A DNA stretch of 64,000 bases from a bacterium. Its GTDB lineage: Bacteria > Bdellovibrionota_C > UBA2361 > CALJRW01. The stretch covers positions 32,001 through 96,000 of the forward strand of contig JANNBC010000052.1 of NCBI GenBank assembly GCA_031385045.1. The letters are read 5' to 3'. The stretch's first letter is position 1. Each line of letters starts with the position of its first letter. The translations under genes were made by a program, and so were the position numbers. Shown one piece after another: positions 32,425 to 42,930 of this stretch. The notes beneath the pieces are model-generated. The model searched no databases, was not told the origin of the DNA, and saw only the letters and a list, made by a program, of their open reading frames with translations.

Positions 32425-33045
32425 ATGTCCAAGGTGAAGAATAAATTAAAATCTCAAGCATTAAAGACTGATGCTAGAAGACTAAAGGAAGACCTTGAAA
32501 GAAGAAGGCTTGGGAACCAGCCAGCTATCAAACACTTTACAGAATCCTTGGAAGCGCTGAAACTCAAATATGAACAATTTTTTTTAGGGATTGAGAAGTT
32601 TGCCCCTACGGAGGAACACGCTAGATTTAAATCCCTAGTAAGACAAATGAAGTTATTACTTCATAAAACCTCCGAAGATAACTTTAGAATTAATAACATT
32701 GAACAAAAGTATTTGACTCTAAATAATCTTTGGGAAAAAAGTCTGCGACAAAAAGAAAGTGGTACATATCGGCGGGATCTCTTTAGGGCTAAAATTGCCG
32801 ACGATCTACCTTCACAAAACCACGCTCAATCTTCAACAGAGACAATCGAATCACATCTTGTTGACAAAATATTTGATGATTTTAAAACAAAAAATAATTT
32901 AGACCTTGGCTCTAAAAATTCGGATAAACTTAAAAGAATTTTACTTATTAAAATTAAAGAGCTTAAGAAAAAACATAACAATTTAGATTTTAGTATTGAG
33001 ATTGCTATTAAAGATGGAAAATTAGGTCTTTGTACTAAAAGTTAA
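32425..33045 (+). CDS. Conserved hypothetical protein, MXAN_5187 C-terminal-domain-like
   Basis: LKLKYEQFFLGIEK.AP...FRINN....Y....LWEK.LRQKESGTY.RD recalls the myxobacterial MXAN_5187 C-terminal family (recalled, not searched). Confidence 0.6.
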   Translation: MSKVKNKLKSQALKTDARRLKEDLERRRLGNQPAIKHFTESLEALKLKYEQFFLGIEKFAPTEEHARFKSLVRQMKLLLHKTSEDNFRINNIEQKYLTLNNLWEKSLRQKESGTYRRDLFRAKIADDLPSQNHAQSSTETIESHLVDKIFDDFKTKNNLDLGSKNSDKLKRILLIKIKELKKKHNNLDFSIEIAIKDGKLGLCTKS

Positions 33046-33157
33046 CTTCCTAGTATTTTTATTACTTTTAGATTTCCCCTAGTTACATTGATTATTTTCT
33101 ACGCTAGAATTAAATTTACCATTTTCTACAGGATAATAAACTCCCTTTAGTCTGAAT

Positions 33158-34324
33158 ATGAATAAAACCGAAGCCTCGCTTATCACCAATAAAATCAAGG
33201 TTTTTATTAATCAATTCTTAATTGGCACCGCTATTTTTAGCTTAATTGCACTTATTAAATTTTATTACTGGGGCGATGGAGTTGAAGACTTACATCTATT
33301 CTGGTCAGCCGCATGTAAAATGGATCTTCCAAAGAAAGCTTTAGGTTGTCTTAATTTGACTACTAAAGAGTTAAGTGTTGGACAACAAATTTTAAATATC
33401 TATCCATCATGGTCTTATTTCTTGTTTCAAATAATCGGTCAGTATGAGTTTCAAGTCGTCGCAAATTCGACTTTAATTTTTATCATCGTGTCTTTAGGTC
33501 TAGTCTACTCTAGCATTCGGATGCAGTTTAGCCTTAATGCTCAGGGTTCATTACAGATAATTTTATCAATAATTATTTTAGCACTTTTTGCACCGATTAG
33601 AGATTTATTTAGAACCGGACAATTCGCATGGATTCAATTATTAAGCTTCACAGGATTTTTAATTTGTTTTACAAAGGGAAAAACTCCTCGTGACAAGTTG
33701 CTTGCCCAGTTCCTGTCTGGATTTCTGTTGTCTTTCAGCATGATCAAACCCCAAGCTCTCTATCTTTTATACTTAACTATTCTAAGTAATGTTTTTCGAG
33801 GAAAAATGATTGCTATTAGTGTTGGTATGCTTTTTGGATTTGCCTGCCTTTGCTTATTCTCCAACACTATGCCTTTTTGGAGGATCCATTTTGACCAATT
33901 AGATCAGTTTGTCTATTGGTCACAACCAGTCTTAGCTGATTTAATTTTAAAGAAAAAAGTTAGTATTAGGATCATATCTCTCATAGTTTTTAGCCTGTTG
34001 GCAATTTTTCAACTCACAAAGCTAGTTAATAATCCAATTACTATCATTCTAATCCTAATTCCACTTAGTCAGATCACAATGCCGTATGGTTTTAGCTACG
34101 ACCTAGTTCTGCTACTTCCTGGGTTCATTTATCTTTTAAATGACAAAAGGATGCATGTCGGACTCTTAATTGGAACGTTAGTTGTAGCTGCAATTAATTA
34201 TTATTTTTACCATAACCAATTAACCTGCATTGGTTATACAATAATTATTCTCTTGCTAGGATCTTTCTATTATTTAAAAGTATTTCGTTTAGAAAATCCT
34301 AAGTCACTGGAAGTTTGGGTATAA
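33158..34324 (+). CDS. Polytopic membrane glycosyltransferase, GT87/DUF2029-like
   Basis: Multiple TM helices with the DLHLFW, YPSW, GQF, IKPQ and SYDLVLLL motifs typical of GT87. Confidence 0.7.
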   Translation: MNKTEASLITNKIKVFINQFLIGTAIFSLIALIKFYYWGDGVEDLHLFWSAACKMDLPKKALGCLNLTTKELSVGQQILNIYPSWSYFLFQIIGQYEFQVVANSTLIFIIVSLGLVYSSIRMQFSLNAQGSLQIILSIIILALFAPIRDLFRTGQFAWIQLLSFTGFLICFTKGKTPRDKLLAQFLSGFLLSFSMIKPQALYLLYLTILSNVFRGKMIAISVGMLFGFACLCLFSNTMPFWRIHFDQLDQFVYWSQPVLADLILKKKVSIRIISLIVFSLLAIFQLTKLVNNPITIILILIPLSQITMPYGFSYDLVLLLPGFIYLLNDKRMHVGLLIGTLVVAAINYYFYHNQLTCIGYTIIILLLGSFYYLKVFRLENPKSLEVWV

Positions 34325-34521
34325 TGAAATTTTTGAGTGAAAGTCCCCAGTGCAGAGACCTTTTGAGGGTATTGAGTAATTTTTTACCAAATCTTCCGTT
34401 AAATGATCTGATAATAGAATACTTATTCTACTCTAAGAGTCTCTTATTACTAAATTAAATGAGGCGTAGCCGCGCGTTTTAGAGCCAGTTAAAATGATAG
34501 ACTATTTTAACTGGAGGACCT

Positions 34522-34785
34522 ATGAAAAAGCGATATACGGAAGAACAAATTGTAAAAATCTTACAAGAAGTTGAGGCAGGAGGCAGTGTCCGTGACACCT
34601 GTCGAAAGCACAATGTAGCCGAACCAACCTTTTACCGTTGGCGCCAAGTCTACGGTGGCATGGAAGTAAATGATGTTCGTGAGCTTAAAAACCTAAAACT
34701 AGAAAATGCTAGGCTAAAAAAGTTAGTAGCAGATCAAGCGTTAGAAAATGCCATGTTAAAGGAACTTAACTCAAAAAAGTGGTAA
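34522..34785 (+). CDS. IS3 transposase OrfA
   Basis: MKKRYTEEQI...TFYRWRQVYGGM...ENARLKKLVAD: HTH plus leucine zipper. Confidence 0.93.
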   Translation: MKKRYTEEQIVKILQEVEAGGSVRDTCRKHNVAEPTFYRWRQVYGGMEVNDVRELKNLKLENARLKKLVADQALENAMLKELNSKKW

Positions 34786-35615
34786 GCCTGCAAGATCGTA
34801 AGCAGGCTACTAATTATTTAGTTAAGAACTTTGCAGTGTCGGCAAGATTTAGTTGCAAATTATTAAAACTTCGGCGGAATACTTTTAGTTATCAACCAAA
34901 GGTTAATAGATCTGACTTAAGAAAGCAGGTTTGTGATTTATCTTACGAGCGTCCTCGTTGGGGATATCGTAAGATAACTGATTACTTAAAGATCCGAGGA
35001 GTTAAAGTCTGCAAAGAAACTGTACGTTCCATTAGAAAACAATCTGGCTTGCAAGTTAAGTGAAAACATTACAGGAGAAGGGTTTCTAGGAGCAAACCGA
35101 CACTACGCCAAGCAGAATATGTGAATCATGTTTGGAGTTGGGACTTTATGTTTGATGCTACTTTTAACGGCAGAAAGTTAAAAGTCTTAAACATCATGGA
35201 TGAGTATAGCAAAGAACTTTTAGTTAGCTATGTTGCTAGGAATATTACAGCAAGGGATCTTTATAAAGTTTTGCAAAAATTATTTGCAGAGCGAGGATAC
35301 CCAGCGCATATTAGATCAGATAACGAATCTGAGTTTGTAGCTAAACATACTCAAGAACAGCTTACTAAGGCAAAAGTAAATATTATTTATATTCAGCCAG
35401 GTAGTCCTTGGCAGAATCCTTTTATTGAATCTTTCAATTCAGTTCTAAGGGATAATATTTTAAATCGGTATTTGTTTCTAACACCAAAAGAAGCACAATC
35501 GATAATTAATAATTTCAAGTCAGAGTATAATACTGAGCGTCCACATGGAACTCTAGGTGGAATTACTCCGCAGATGTTTGTGGAAAATTGTTTACAGAAA
35601 AAACTTTGCGCTTGA
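34779..35615 (+). pseudogene. IS3 transposase OrfB (DDE integrase core) with an internal stop
   Basis: ORFs 34779-35063 and 35121-35615 are in the same frame, separated only by TGA at 35061-35063. Motifs WGYRKI, WSWDF, SDNESEF (usual G replaced by E), PGSPWQNPFIESFN and YNTERPH. Confidence 0.88.
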
Positions 35616-35656
35616 ATACGGAGAAATACTATGCGAATCTATCATTAATACTGGCT

Positions 35657-36952
35657 CTAAAACGCGCGGCTACGCCACTTAGCAAATTGTTTTTTTATGC
35701 GACGCAGAACTTCTGGTGGATCAACTTTGAAGCCAGCAAGAAAATTTTGATCCCAAGACATATAGCTGCCCACTTGATCTAAGTTGGGATAGTAAAACTT
35801 TTTATCTTTTAGATAGGGGAGAACTGCCGCTGATTGGGCATGGGGGAATCCGATTAGCTGTGCCGATTCATATTTAGGATTACTTAAAAACTTACCCATT
35901 TCGCTGGCGCTAGAATAGGCATACAGGTAGTCATATTTCCAGGCATGATAACTCACTGGGAGTGAAAGAATTAAACATATGCCAATTAAAGCTAAGATCA
36001 CTTTATAGCCTCGTTGGTTAGGCACTAGCCAGAGACCAAATAATAAACCACTGTATAAAATTCCATAATGACGAAGAGTGAAATAATAACCTTTAAAGAT
36101 AATTACATAGAAAATAGATGCGATTGTTAGCAGGGCAATTAGTGACTGCGTTTTGAATTTTGTAAAAGCCAAAAGAAAATATAAAAGCCCTAAATGAAAG
36201 ACAATTATTGGAAAGATTCTAGCTGGATTGTTGGGCATTAATGATAAATGAATGCTGTTCAAATATTGCTCGGGGCGAAAAAGGGAAAGGATTATTCCGG
36301 GAGTAAAGCCATTTGCCCTTGGCCAAAGTTGTGCCAAGGCTAAGATTAGTCCAATTGTTGTAATTACAAAGATAGTCTTACTAGGCTGCTTGTTAGTAGC
36401 TTGGTAGAGTTGAAAAAAAATAAAAAGATTAATGATGCCACTAGTTAAAAAACCAAAGGCACTGCAATTTGCTAAGAGTAATAGTAGTGATCCAAAGAGC
36501 ACTGGGCGAGTTTCCCTTTCTTTGTAGTAATTTGCTACGGCAAAAAGTAGCAGTGCGTGAATTATATAGTAGCGAGAAATAGCTAAGAACTCATAAGAAA
36601 AGTAATATCCAAATAATGTTAAGATTTTAAACCATAATGGAAAGGGGGATTTAAAAATTACTAACCAAGCAAAGATTATTACAAAGAATAAATGTATCCA
36701 AGGAAGGCTTTGGTAGGGAAAGCCCAGCTGCACAAAGGGCAGTTGAATTAGATGCCAAAGTAACGGGTGTCCATCGTTACCCGCTCGGTAGAAAAGTTGC
36801 CAGAGAGAAGCATCTCGTAAGATCAACCAAGGCTCTGCTTCATCACGCCAAGGTTCATGGGTGAGCTTTAAAGTTATTGCCAGTAGTAGATAGGCAATGA
36901 AAATTATCTTTTGACTAAGATTTGTAATCCAAAAATTAGGAATAAGTTTCAT
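35657..36952 (-). CDS. Polytopic membrane protein (GT-C-like), 3' end truncated by the IS
   Basis: HEPWRDEA early-loop motif, GHPLLW and many TM helices. The last codons WRSRAF* are read from the IS inverted repeat. Confidence 0.7.
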   Translation of the reverse strand: MKLIPNFWITNLSQKIIFIAYLLLAITLKLTHEPWRDEAEPWLILRDASLWQLFYRAGNDGHPLLWHLIQLPFVQLGFPYQSLPWIHLFFVIIFAWLVIFKSPFPLWFKILTLFGYYFSYEFLAISRYYIIHALLLFAVANYYKERETRPVLFGSLLLLLANCSAFGFLTSGIINLFIFFQLYQATNKQPSKTIFVITTIGLILALAQLWPRANGFTPGIILSLFRPEQYLNSIHLSLMPNNPARIFPIIVFHLGLLYFLLAFTKFKTQSLIALLTIASIFYVIIFKGYYFTLRHYGILYSGLLFGLWLVPNQRGYKVILALIGICLILSLPVSYHAWKYDYLYAYSSASEMGKFLSNPKYESAQLIGFPHAQSAAVLPYLKDKKFYYPNLDQVGSYMSWDQNFLAGFKVDPPEVLRRIKKQFAKWRSRAF

Positions 36953-37009
36953 TTTTAGTGATAAGCTATTTAGAACTATTGCTCTTATAAATCGCTATAA
37001 GAAAGTTTG

Positions 37010-38659
37010 CTATTTTGTTTGAGCAAGCTCGGGATGATAATTATAAGCAAATCCTAGATAAACTGTCTCTTTCCCTTTTTCATTTTTATTTGCGATTGTT
37101 CGTAATAGTTTTTCCCAGGAGATAATTTCACTACTAGATTTTGACATAACTTGGAATTGGCACTCCGAGCTTTTTAAGCCTCCAGCATATCCTGTAATTA
37201 GCAATGGTTCACCTTTGGTATTAACAGTCTTTACTGGGCAACCAGATAAAAGCTGCATTTTTATTATTAACGGAATTCCTGACATGGAACTTAAATTTCT
37301 TTCTTCTTTGCTGGTTGAAGTCATATCAACCCAGTTAAACGTTCGACTAGCTGATTGCAAAGCTTGTAGAGTAATAGAACCTTTTTTTAGTCCCAGTTCT
37401 GAAATTCCGGCATGTTGCATCTCCGAATCTAGTGACAAAATGACTTTATCTAACAACTCTTTCTTTTCGGTAATTACTGGTGTTGGAAAAGTAATGATTG
37501 ATGCAGCTAAGGATTTTTTATCTGGTCGAAACCATCTTTTCGCTAGTACATTTGGATTGATAGTGCGCGCTGAGCTAGCCTCTGGATCATGTATAATAAA
37601 ATCTCCATTCTCTTTAACACCAACTAAAAGTATCGCGTGGTCTAATGGACCAGCTTCTAAGCTAAGTACGACAAATTTTTCCTGAATAAGAGCATTTTTA
37701 ATTTTTGTATTAAGCATTGATAGTGAAAAAGTTGCCGTTTCTGAAGGGTTTTTGAAGTGCATATCAGTAGCGTAATCAACACTTAGAGTATCTAAACCCA
37801 GTAGCGGCAAGAGCTTGGAGGGATAGGCACCTTTTGTTCCAGCACCAACAAGATCGGAGTATAGATCTCCAATTGCTGGAAGAAATTCAAAAGGAAAGTC
37901 AGCGCCAACTAGTCGTTCCAGAGACATCAAGCCGCAGGCGGAGACGCAACGCTTCTTGTCTTGTTGGATATGTGTAATGACTGAAGGCTCTTGTTTTTCA
38001 CTTGCTGTTATTGAAAGTGATGCTGCCGAATCTATGACGGCAACAGTATTTTGAGAATTAATCCTGGAAAAATGAAGTCTTTTAGCAAGTCCAGTTAAGG
38101 CTACTTCCTTTTGTTGATGATTTTGATTTCTGATAATACCAAGGTATTTTACAAGATCAGGGTTTGCTGCCAGTTTAGTAATATATTCTTCGGAGTTTTT
38201 AGAGGAACTAAAAATTGTGGGAAGAGCGGCATTAATTGTTCGCAGTAGTTTTTCAGTCTCGCCCGAAACTTTTATTTGATACTCAGCAGGAATCACTGAC
38301 CCAACATTTGTCAGAAGTTTAATTAGCTCTTCGTTGGTTAATTGAGTTGCAATACTTGGCTGAAGATTATTTTGATCAACAATCTTCTTGGCAAAAAGAT
38401 CAATCAGTATATTTGCTTTGGCGGGTTCATTTGCAATCAAGCTAGTTAATTTAGACTGCAGTGCTGTGGCATCTTGAAAGACAACTTCAGAAGCCTGCCC
38501 CTTAAGTGGTGAGGCAATTGTAGCGATTGCGCTTAGGATGCAAAAAGTTTTTTGTAATCTACGTGGGAGTAGTGGTAAATTCGCAGTATTTGTTGGAGTG
38601 ACAGGAGTTGTTGGAAGTGAATAATGAATGTCCATCTTTTTTTCAAAAAATAAAACCAA
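37010..38659 (-). CDS. Hypothetical protein with a C39-like papain-fold peptidase domain
   Basis: QQDKKRCVSACGLM, DHAILLVG and FIIHDP give a Q-C-H-D arrangement. Signal-like segment near the N-terminus; start may be the Met at residue 9. Confidence 0.65.
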   Translation of the reverse strand: MVLFFEKKMDIHYSLPTTPVTPTNTANLPLLPRRLQKTFCILSAIATIASPLKGQASEVVFQDATALQSKLTSLIANEPAKANILIDLFAKKIVDQNNLQPSIATQLTNEELIKLLTNVGSVIPAEYQIKVSGETEKLLRTINAALPTIFSSSKNSEEYITKLAANPDLVKYLGIIRNQNHQQKEVALTGLAKRLHFSRINSQNTVAVIDSAASLSITASEKQEPSVITHIQQDKKRCVSACGLMSLERLVGADFPFEFLPAIGDLYSDLVGAGTKGAYPSKLLPLLGLDTLSVDYATDMHFKNPSETATFSLSMLNTKIKNALIQEKFVVLSLEAGPLDHAILLVGVKENGDFIIHDPEASSARTINPNVLAKRWFRPDKKSLAASIITFPTPVITEKKELLDKVILSLDSEMQHAGISELGLKKGSITLQALQSASRTFNWVDMTSTSKEERNLSSMSGIPLIIKMQLLSGCPVKTVNTKGEPLLITGYAGGLKSSECQFQVMSKSSSEIISWEKLLRTIANKNEKGKETVYLGFAYNYHPELAQTK

Positions 38660-38906
38660 CTTCCTTGGCTAAAACCTAACAAGATTAATTACTACAATAA
38701 ATTCTACAAGGATTCCGTTATGTTATATTCAATTAATTATCATACCGGCGGACCTTAGTCATTAAAATTCTTTAAATTAATGGGAAATTTTCTCTTGATA
38801 AGAGCTCAAACTCATTTATATCGGATATTTTTAGCGCGGGACTCCCCTGATACTGGCCAGCTGGATGGTATCGAAAAAAATTATTTTGGAATAATCTGCC
38901 TTTGAA

Positions 38907-40697
38907 ATGTTTATACCTAAATTTATAAAATCTAGTCTTTGGAATAATCTTGCAGGACTAGATCTGCGTTCTTTAGCCTTATTTAGGATGGTGATTGCGG
39001 TTGCTATTTTGCTTAATGCGCTCATTTATTGGCCTGATCTTAATACTTTTTTTGCGGATCCAAATGGTTTCTTTTCTATTTCGGAGGCTATCAGTAAACA
39101 ATCTTCCTATAACTGGTCTTTGCTCTACCTCTCTAATCAAAGCTTTTTTTGGTATTTATTTATTTTAGTTTACATCGCTTCGGCATTATTAATGCTCCTT
39201 GGTTATCAAACTAGAATGGTTACAATTATCGCTTGGATTTTAAGTTTTTCCTTAAAAACTAGAGCGAGTACCTTTAATAGTTTGGCTGATGTGCAATTAG
39301 TAGTGGTTTTATTTTGGGCAATGTTTTTGCCCTTAGGTGCTAGGTTTTCTATCGATCAGGCTTTAAATAAGCACAAACCTTCTAGCAATCAATATGTCAG
39401 TATTGCCTGTTTAGCATTTCTTCTAAACGTCTTTTATGTTTACTTCATGGGGGCACTAGAAAAATATCACCCGATTTGGCGGGAAGATTTTTCAGCAATC
39501 TATTATGCGCTACAGAGTGTGCAAACTACGACCCCGCTAGCACCCATCATACTAAAACTTGGAGATGGATTAAAACCAATGAGTGCGCTGGTTTACTATT
39601 TAGAATTGGTAGGGCCATTTCTACTTTTTATTTCTTGGAAAAAACAATTAGCACGTTTAATAATTGTTGTTTTGCTGATCGTCCAACATCTGGGAATCGC
39701 CCTTTGTTTAAGTCTTGGTATTTTTCCTTGGGTTAGTATTGCCGCCCTAGTTGCTTTGCTACCAGCGCTTTTTTGGGATCCTTTGCAGACTTATTGGGAC
39801 GCTCGGAAGTCTCGAAGTAATATCAAAATATTTTATGATGAGCACTGCCAGTTTTGTTTAAAACTTGCCTTGTTATTTGCTGAATTTTCACTTCTATCAA
39901 AATCAGTGCTCCGACCTGCACAAGAAGAAGAACCTACTGCTTTATTAATGAAAGCGAATAATAGTTGGATTGTACAAACGCACCTTGGGGATTACCTAAC
40001 ACGCTGGGATGCCGTAGCTTATCTTTGGCGCCGTTCTCCAATCTTTTTCCCTTTAGGCTTTCTATTTTTGGTTCCTGGGTTGTCACACTTAGGGAATCTA
40101 ACTTATTGCCTAGTCTCAAATAATCGCAAAGTTTTTGGGAGATTTTCTAAGTATCTATTTTCTTGCTCAGATCGCCTCGTGTATCAGCCTTGGAGAATAA
40201 CACGCTGTTTTTTAGGAGTATTAATTCTTTTGGTATTACTTTTAAATTTACATAATACTAAATTAATCAAAATTACATGGCAAAAATCGCTTGAGAATAC
40301 TCTCCGCGTTATTACCCTAAAGCAACATTGGGACATGTACGCTCCCGCGCCTAATAGATATAGCACTTGGCTAGTTATTGAAGGGCAGCTTAAGACTAAC
40401 GATTTGGTTGACTTACTACATAATCAGAATACTCCCCCTAGCCACTTAAGACCTGCAAGTGGTTGGGAGCTCTTTCCCAGCTTTCGCTGGAGGAAATTCT
40501 TTTCTCGGATCAATTGGAATAAGAAAGGAGTTGCTATTACGGCTTATTACTGTCGTAAATGGAAAGAGACTCATGGCGATCTGCCACTTAAGGAGCTAAC
40601 AGTCTATAAATATAAACAAAAAACAGCTCCACCTCACACTCAAACTTTGCCAGTAACTCGTCGGATTGAGTTTCGAGGTTTGTGTGAAGCATTTTAG
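38907..40697 (+). CDS. HTTM-domain membrane protein with an inserted DCC1-like (DUF393) thiol-disulfide domain
   Basis: LDLRSLALFR, LGYQTR, FLPLGARFSID, LGIFPW, YDEHCQFC (DxxCxxC), QHWDMYAP and RWRK. Confidence 0.8.
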   Translation: MFIPKFIKSSLWNNLAGLDLRSLALFRMVIAVAILLNALIYWPDLNTFFADPNGFFSISEAISKQSSYNWSLLYLSNQSFFWYLFILVYIASALLMLLGYQTRMVTIIAWILSFSLKTRASTFNSLADVQLVVVLFWAMFLPLGARFSIDQALNKHKPSSNQYVSIACLAFLLNVFYVYFMGALEKYHPIWREDFSAIYYALQSVQTTTPLAPIILKLGDGLKPMSALVYYLELVGPFLLFISWKKQLARLIIVVLLIVQHLGIALCLSLGIFPWVSIAALVALLPALFWDPLQTYWDARKSRSNIKIFYDEHCQFCLKLALLFAEFSLLSKSVLRPAQEEEPTALLMKANNSWIVQTHLGDYLTRWDAVAYLWRRSPIFFPLGFLFLVPGLSHLGNLTYCLVSNNRKVFGRFSKYLFSCSDRLVYQPWRITRCFLGVLILLVLLLNLHNTKLIKITWQKSLENTLRVITLKQHWDMYAPAPNRYSTWLVIEGQLKTNDLVDLLHNQNTPPSHLRPASGWELFPSFRWRKFFSRINWNKKGVAITAYYCRKWKETHGDLPLKELTVYKYKQKTAPPHTQTLPVTRRIEFRGLCEAF

Positions 40698-41007
40698 CCT
40701 GAGCGACCCCCTCGGGTCGCTTCAAGCGCTTCGCACTTGATATACTAGGCGACTAATTTTAGTACGGTAATTTCTAATGTCGCCTAGTATATACTCCTCG
40801 ACATTGGGTTTTACCGAAACGGCTTGGTCAAAAGCTAACCGCTTTTGCGATCATTTCGTCGATGAGTATATTTGTTTTCCCCAGCTAAAATGCTTATCAA
40901 ATAAGCATTTTAGCCTGAGCGACCCCCTCGGGTCGCTTCAAGCGCTTCGCGCTTGATATACTAGGCGACTAATTTTAGTACGGTAATTTCCAATGTCGCC
41001 TAGTATA
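40687..41007. repeat. Second mosaic of palindromic modules (C-partial 40687-40740, B 40741-40791, D 40790-40870, C 40871-40956, B 40957-41007)
   Basis: An ~105-bp direct repeat (40687-40791 and 40903-41007) that is the reverse complement of the 2-kb cluster core. Confidence 0.92.
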
Positions 41008-41240
41008 TTTACATCGACTAGGAACTCTATCTTATTTTTAGAATCTTCTAGATTCTTTGCTGAGCGTTCTTTTCTTAAAGGAGAAAATAGATGTTCTTTA
41101 GGAACTAAAGTTTTACAGATACTAACTTATACTTCTGATTAAATGCCTGATGTAATAATATTGATAACCTAAGTATTACTCTTCACTTCTACTTCGTGGA
41201 GATCTAGTTATACTAGCATTAATAATTATTATTGGATTGC

Positions 41241-42077
41241 CTAGAGCTTTAAGTTATCAATCAAGCGAACATTACCAAAATATCCGGCAAAAAAGATTCT
41301 TTGATTTCCATCAGCGTAGATTTCTGTAGATTCTATTAGATCATTTGATTGATTAATTGTTAAATATTCCAGCTTTAATTCGGGAACTTTTCTTAGGTAC
41401 TCCTGACACTCACTAAGGATTTCGGCAACATGAGTTTTCCCACCGCTAATTAATTCTTTGGCGAATAGTAGTGTTTCAAAAATAATCTTAGCTTTAGCAC
41501 GCTGTTCGGCTGTCAGATTTTCGTTACGAGAGCTTCTAGCTAACCCATTAGATTCGCGTTTAATTGGTGCACGAATAATCTGCAGATCAAATTTTAAGTC
41601 ATGGACCATATCTTCAATAATCCTTACCTGTTGAAAATCTTTCTCCCCAAAAATTGCGACATCAGGTCTAAATAAATTAAATAAAATAGAGACAACCGTA
41701 CAAACTCCAGCAAAATGTCCCGGACGAAATGGGCCTTCCATTTGGTTGCCTAATTTAGATGGATGTACTTTTGTTCCTTGGAAATTGCGGTAAACTTCAT
41801 CTTCATTAGGACAGAAAACTAAATCAACCGCTTGGTCTCTTAATCGATCTAAGTCAGCCTCTAAATTTCTTGGATAAAATTTTAAATCTTTAGGATTATT
41901 AAATTGCTGTGGGTTTACAAAGATCGAGACGGCAACAAGTTCTGCTGATTCTTTGGCAATATCTACTAATGATTGATGCCCCTCGTGCAGTGCACCCATT
42001 GTTGGAACAAGTGCTAAGCTAACATGACTCTTTGCCAGGTAGGACTTTAATTCGGAGATTGTCGTAATAACTTTCAT
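41241..42077 (-). CDS. panC: Pantoate--beta-alanine ligase
   Basis: VPTMGALHEGH, SIFVNPQQF, RPGHFAGV, FGEKDFQQ, GLARSSRN and RLIDN. Confidence 0.97.
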   Translation of the reverse strand: MKVITTISELKSYLAKSHVSLALVPTMGALHEGHQSLVDIAKESAELVAVSIFVNPQQFNNPKDLKFYPRNLEADLDRLRDQAVDLVFCPNEDEVYRNFQGTKVHPSKLGNQMEGPFRPGHFAGVCTVVSILFNLFRPDVAIFGEKDFQQVRIIEDMVHDLKFDLQIIRAPIKRESNGLARSSRNENLTAEQRAKAKIIFETLLFAKELISGGKTHVAEILSECQEYLRKVPELKLEYLTINQSNDLIESTEIYADGNQRIFFAGYFGNVRLIDNLKL

Positions 42078-42326
42078 CTTGGTGTTAGCAGTGTGATTTA
42101 AATTACCAAGAGTGTCTTACTTCTTCCTTGGCCAGGGTTTTATAGCACCAAAGTCTTTCTAAATGAAGTTTTACACTTTGATTCTAAAAAAACTTGTTTT
42201 TTAAGCAATTTTTGTAGTAATTTGAGTTTTCCTCTGAACCTTTCTTAAAGATTCTCGATAAGCTAATCAGCCAATTCGAAGACATTTTTTTCGATAGCGG
42301 TAAGTTTTTTATAAATTTGGATACCT

Positions 42327-42827
42327 ATGTCATTAAATAAAGTTATAATTTTAGGCAACTTAGGACGTGATCCTGAGCTTCGTTACACTGCTAAACAAGT
42401 TGCAGTTTGTACGATGAGTTTAGCAACGACGGAGAAGCAGAAAGATGCTTCCGGCGCTTGGGTTGATCATACTGAGTGGCATCGTGTTGTTGTTTTTGGA
42501 AAGCAAGGTGAGAATTGCTCTAATTATTTAAAAAAGGGTAGTACTGCTTTAGTTGAAGGAAAACTACGAACAAGTAAATACCAAGATAAAAGCGGACAAG
42601 ATCGTTATTCTACGGATATTATTGCTGATAATGTTAGATTTATTGGTGGTCGTGCTTCTGCTAATTCTAACGCTGGGAATGATTCTTATCAACAGTTTGA
42701 TCAAGGCCCAAGCAACTTCGGTGGTGGGGGTAATAATGCTGCTTTAGCAGGTTTGGCTACCGCTGATGATTTATCAAGTTTTGATCAAGCTGGTGGTAGT
42801 GTCCAAGATGATGATATTCCATTTTAG
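42327..42827 (+). CDS. ssb: Single-stranded DNA-binding protein
   Basis: LNKVIILGNLGRDPE, TEWHRVV and C-terminal DDDIPF. Confidence 0.98.
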   Translation: MSLNKVIILGNLGRDPELRYTAKQVAVCTMSLATTEKQKDASGAWVDHTEWHRVVVFGKQGENCSNYLKKGSTALVEGKLRTSKYQDKSGQDRYSTDIIADNVRFIGGRASANSNAGNDSYQQFDQGPSNFGGGGNNAALAGLATADDLSSFDQAGGSVQDDDIPF

Positions 42828-42861
42828 TTGATTAGCATTTAGAATAGTAATAGCTTTCTCT

Positions 42862-42904
42862 AATATACATTACCTTTTGGAGAGCTTAAAAGGTAATGTA
42901 TATT
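42862..42904 (+). terminator. Hairpin downstream of ssb
   Basis: AATATACATTACCTTTT...AAAAGGTAATGTATATT followed by T residues. Confidence 0.7.
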
Positions 42905-42930
42905 TTGATGTATAAGTTGTTAAGTACTAG

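Larger units (their letters stand above)
34462..35677 (+). mobile_element. IS3-family (IS407-group-like) insertion sequence, probably inactive
   Basis: Perfect 27-bp inverted repeats GGCGTAGCCGCGCGTTTTAGAGCCAGT (34463-34489 and 35650-35676), orfA/orfB overlap with an A6G slippery site, length about 1.2 kb. Confidence 0.93.

Noticed and set aside
35061..35063. In-frame TGA in IS orfB as recoding (selenocysteine or genetic code 4/25)
   Set aside because: TGA terminates normal genes here (gatB, mpl), and other decay signs in the IS indicate a nonsense mutation.
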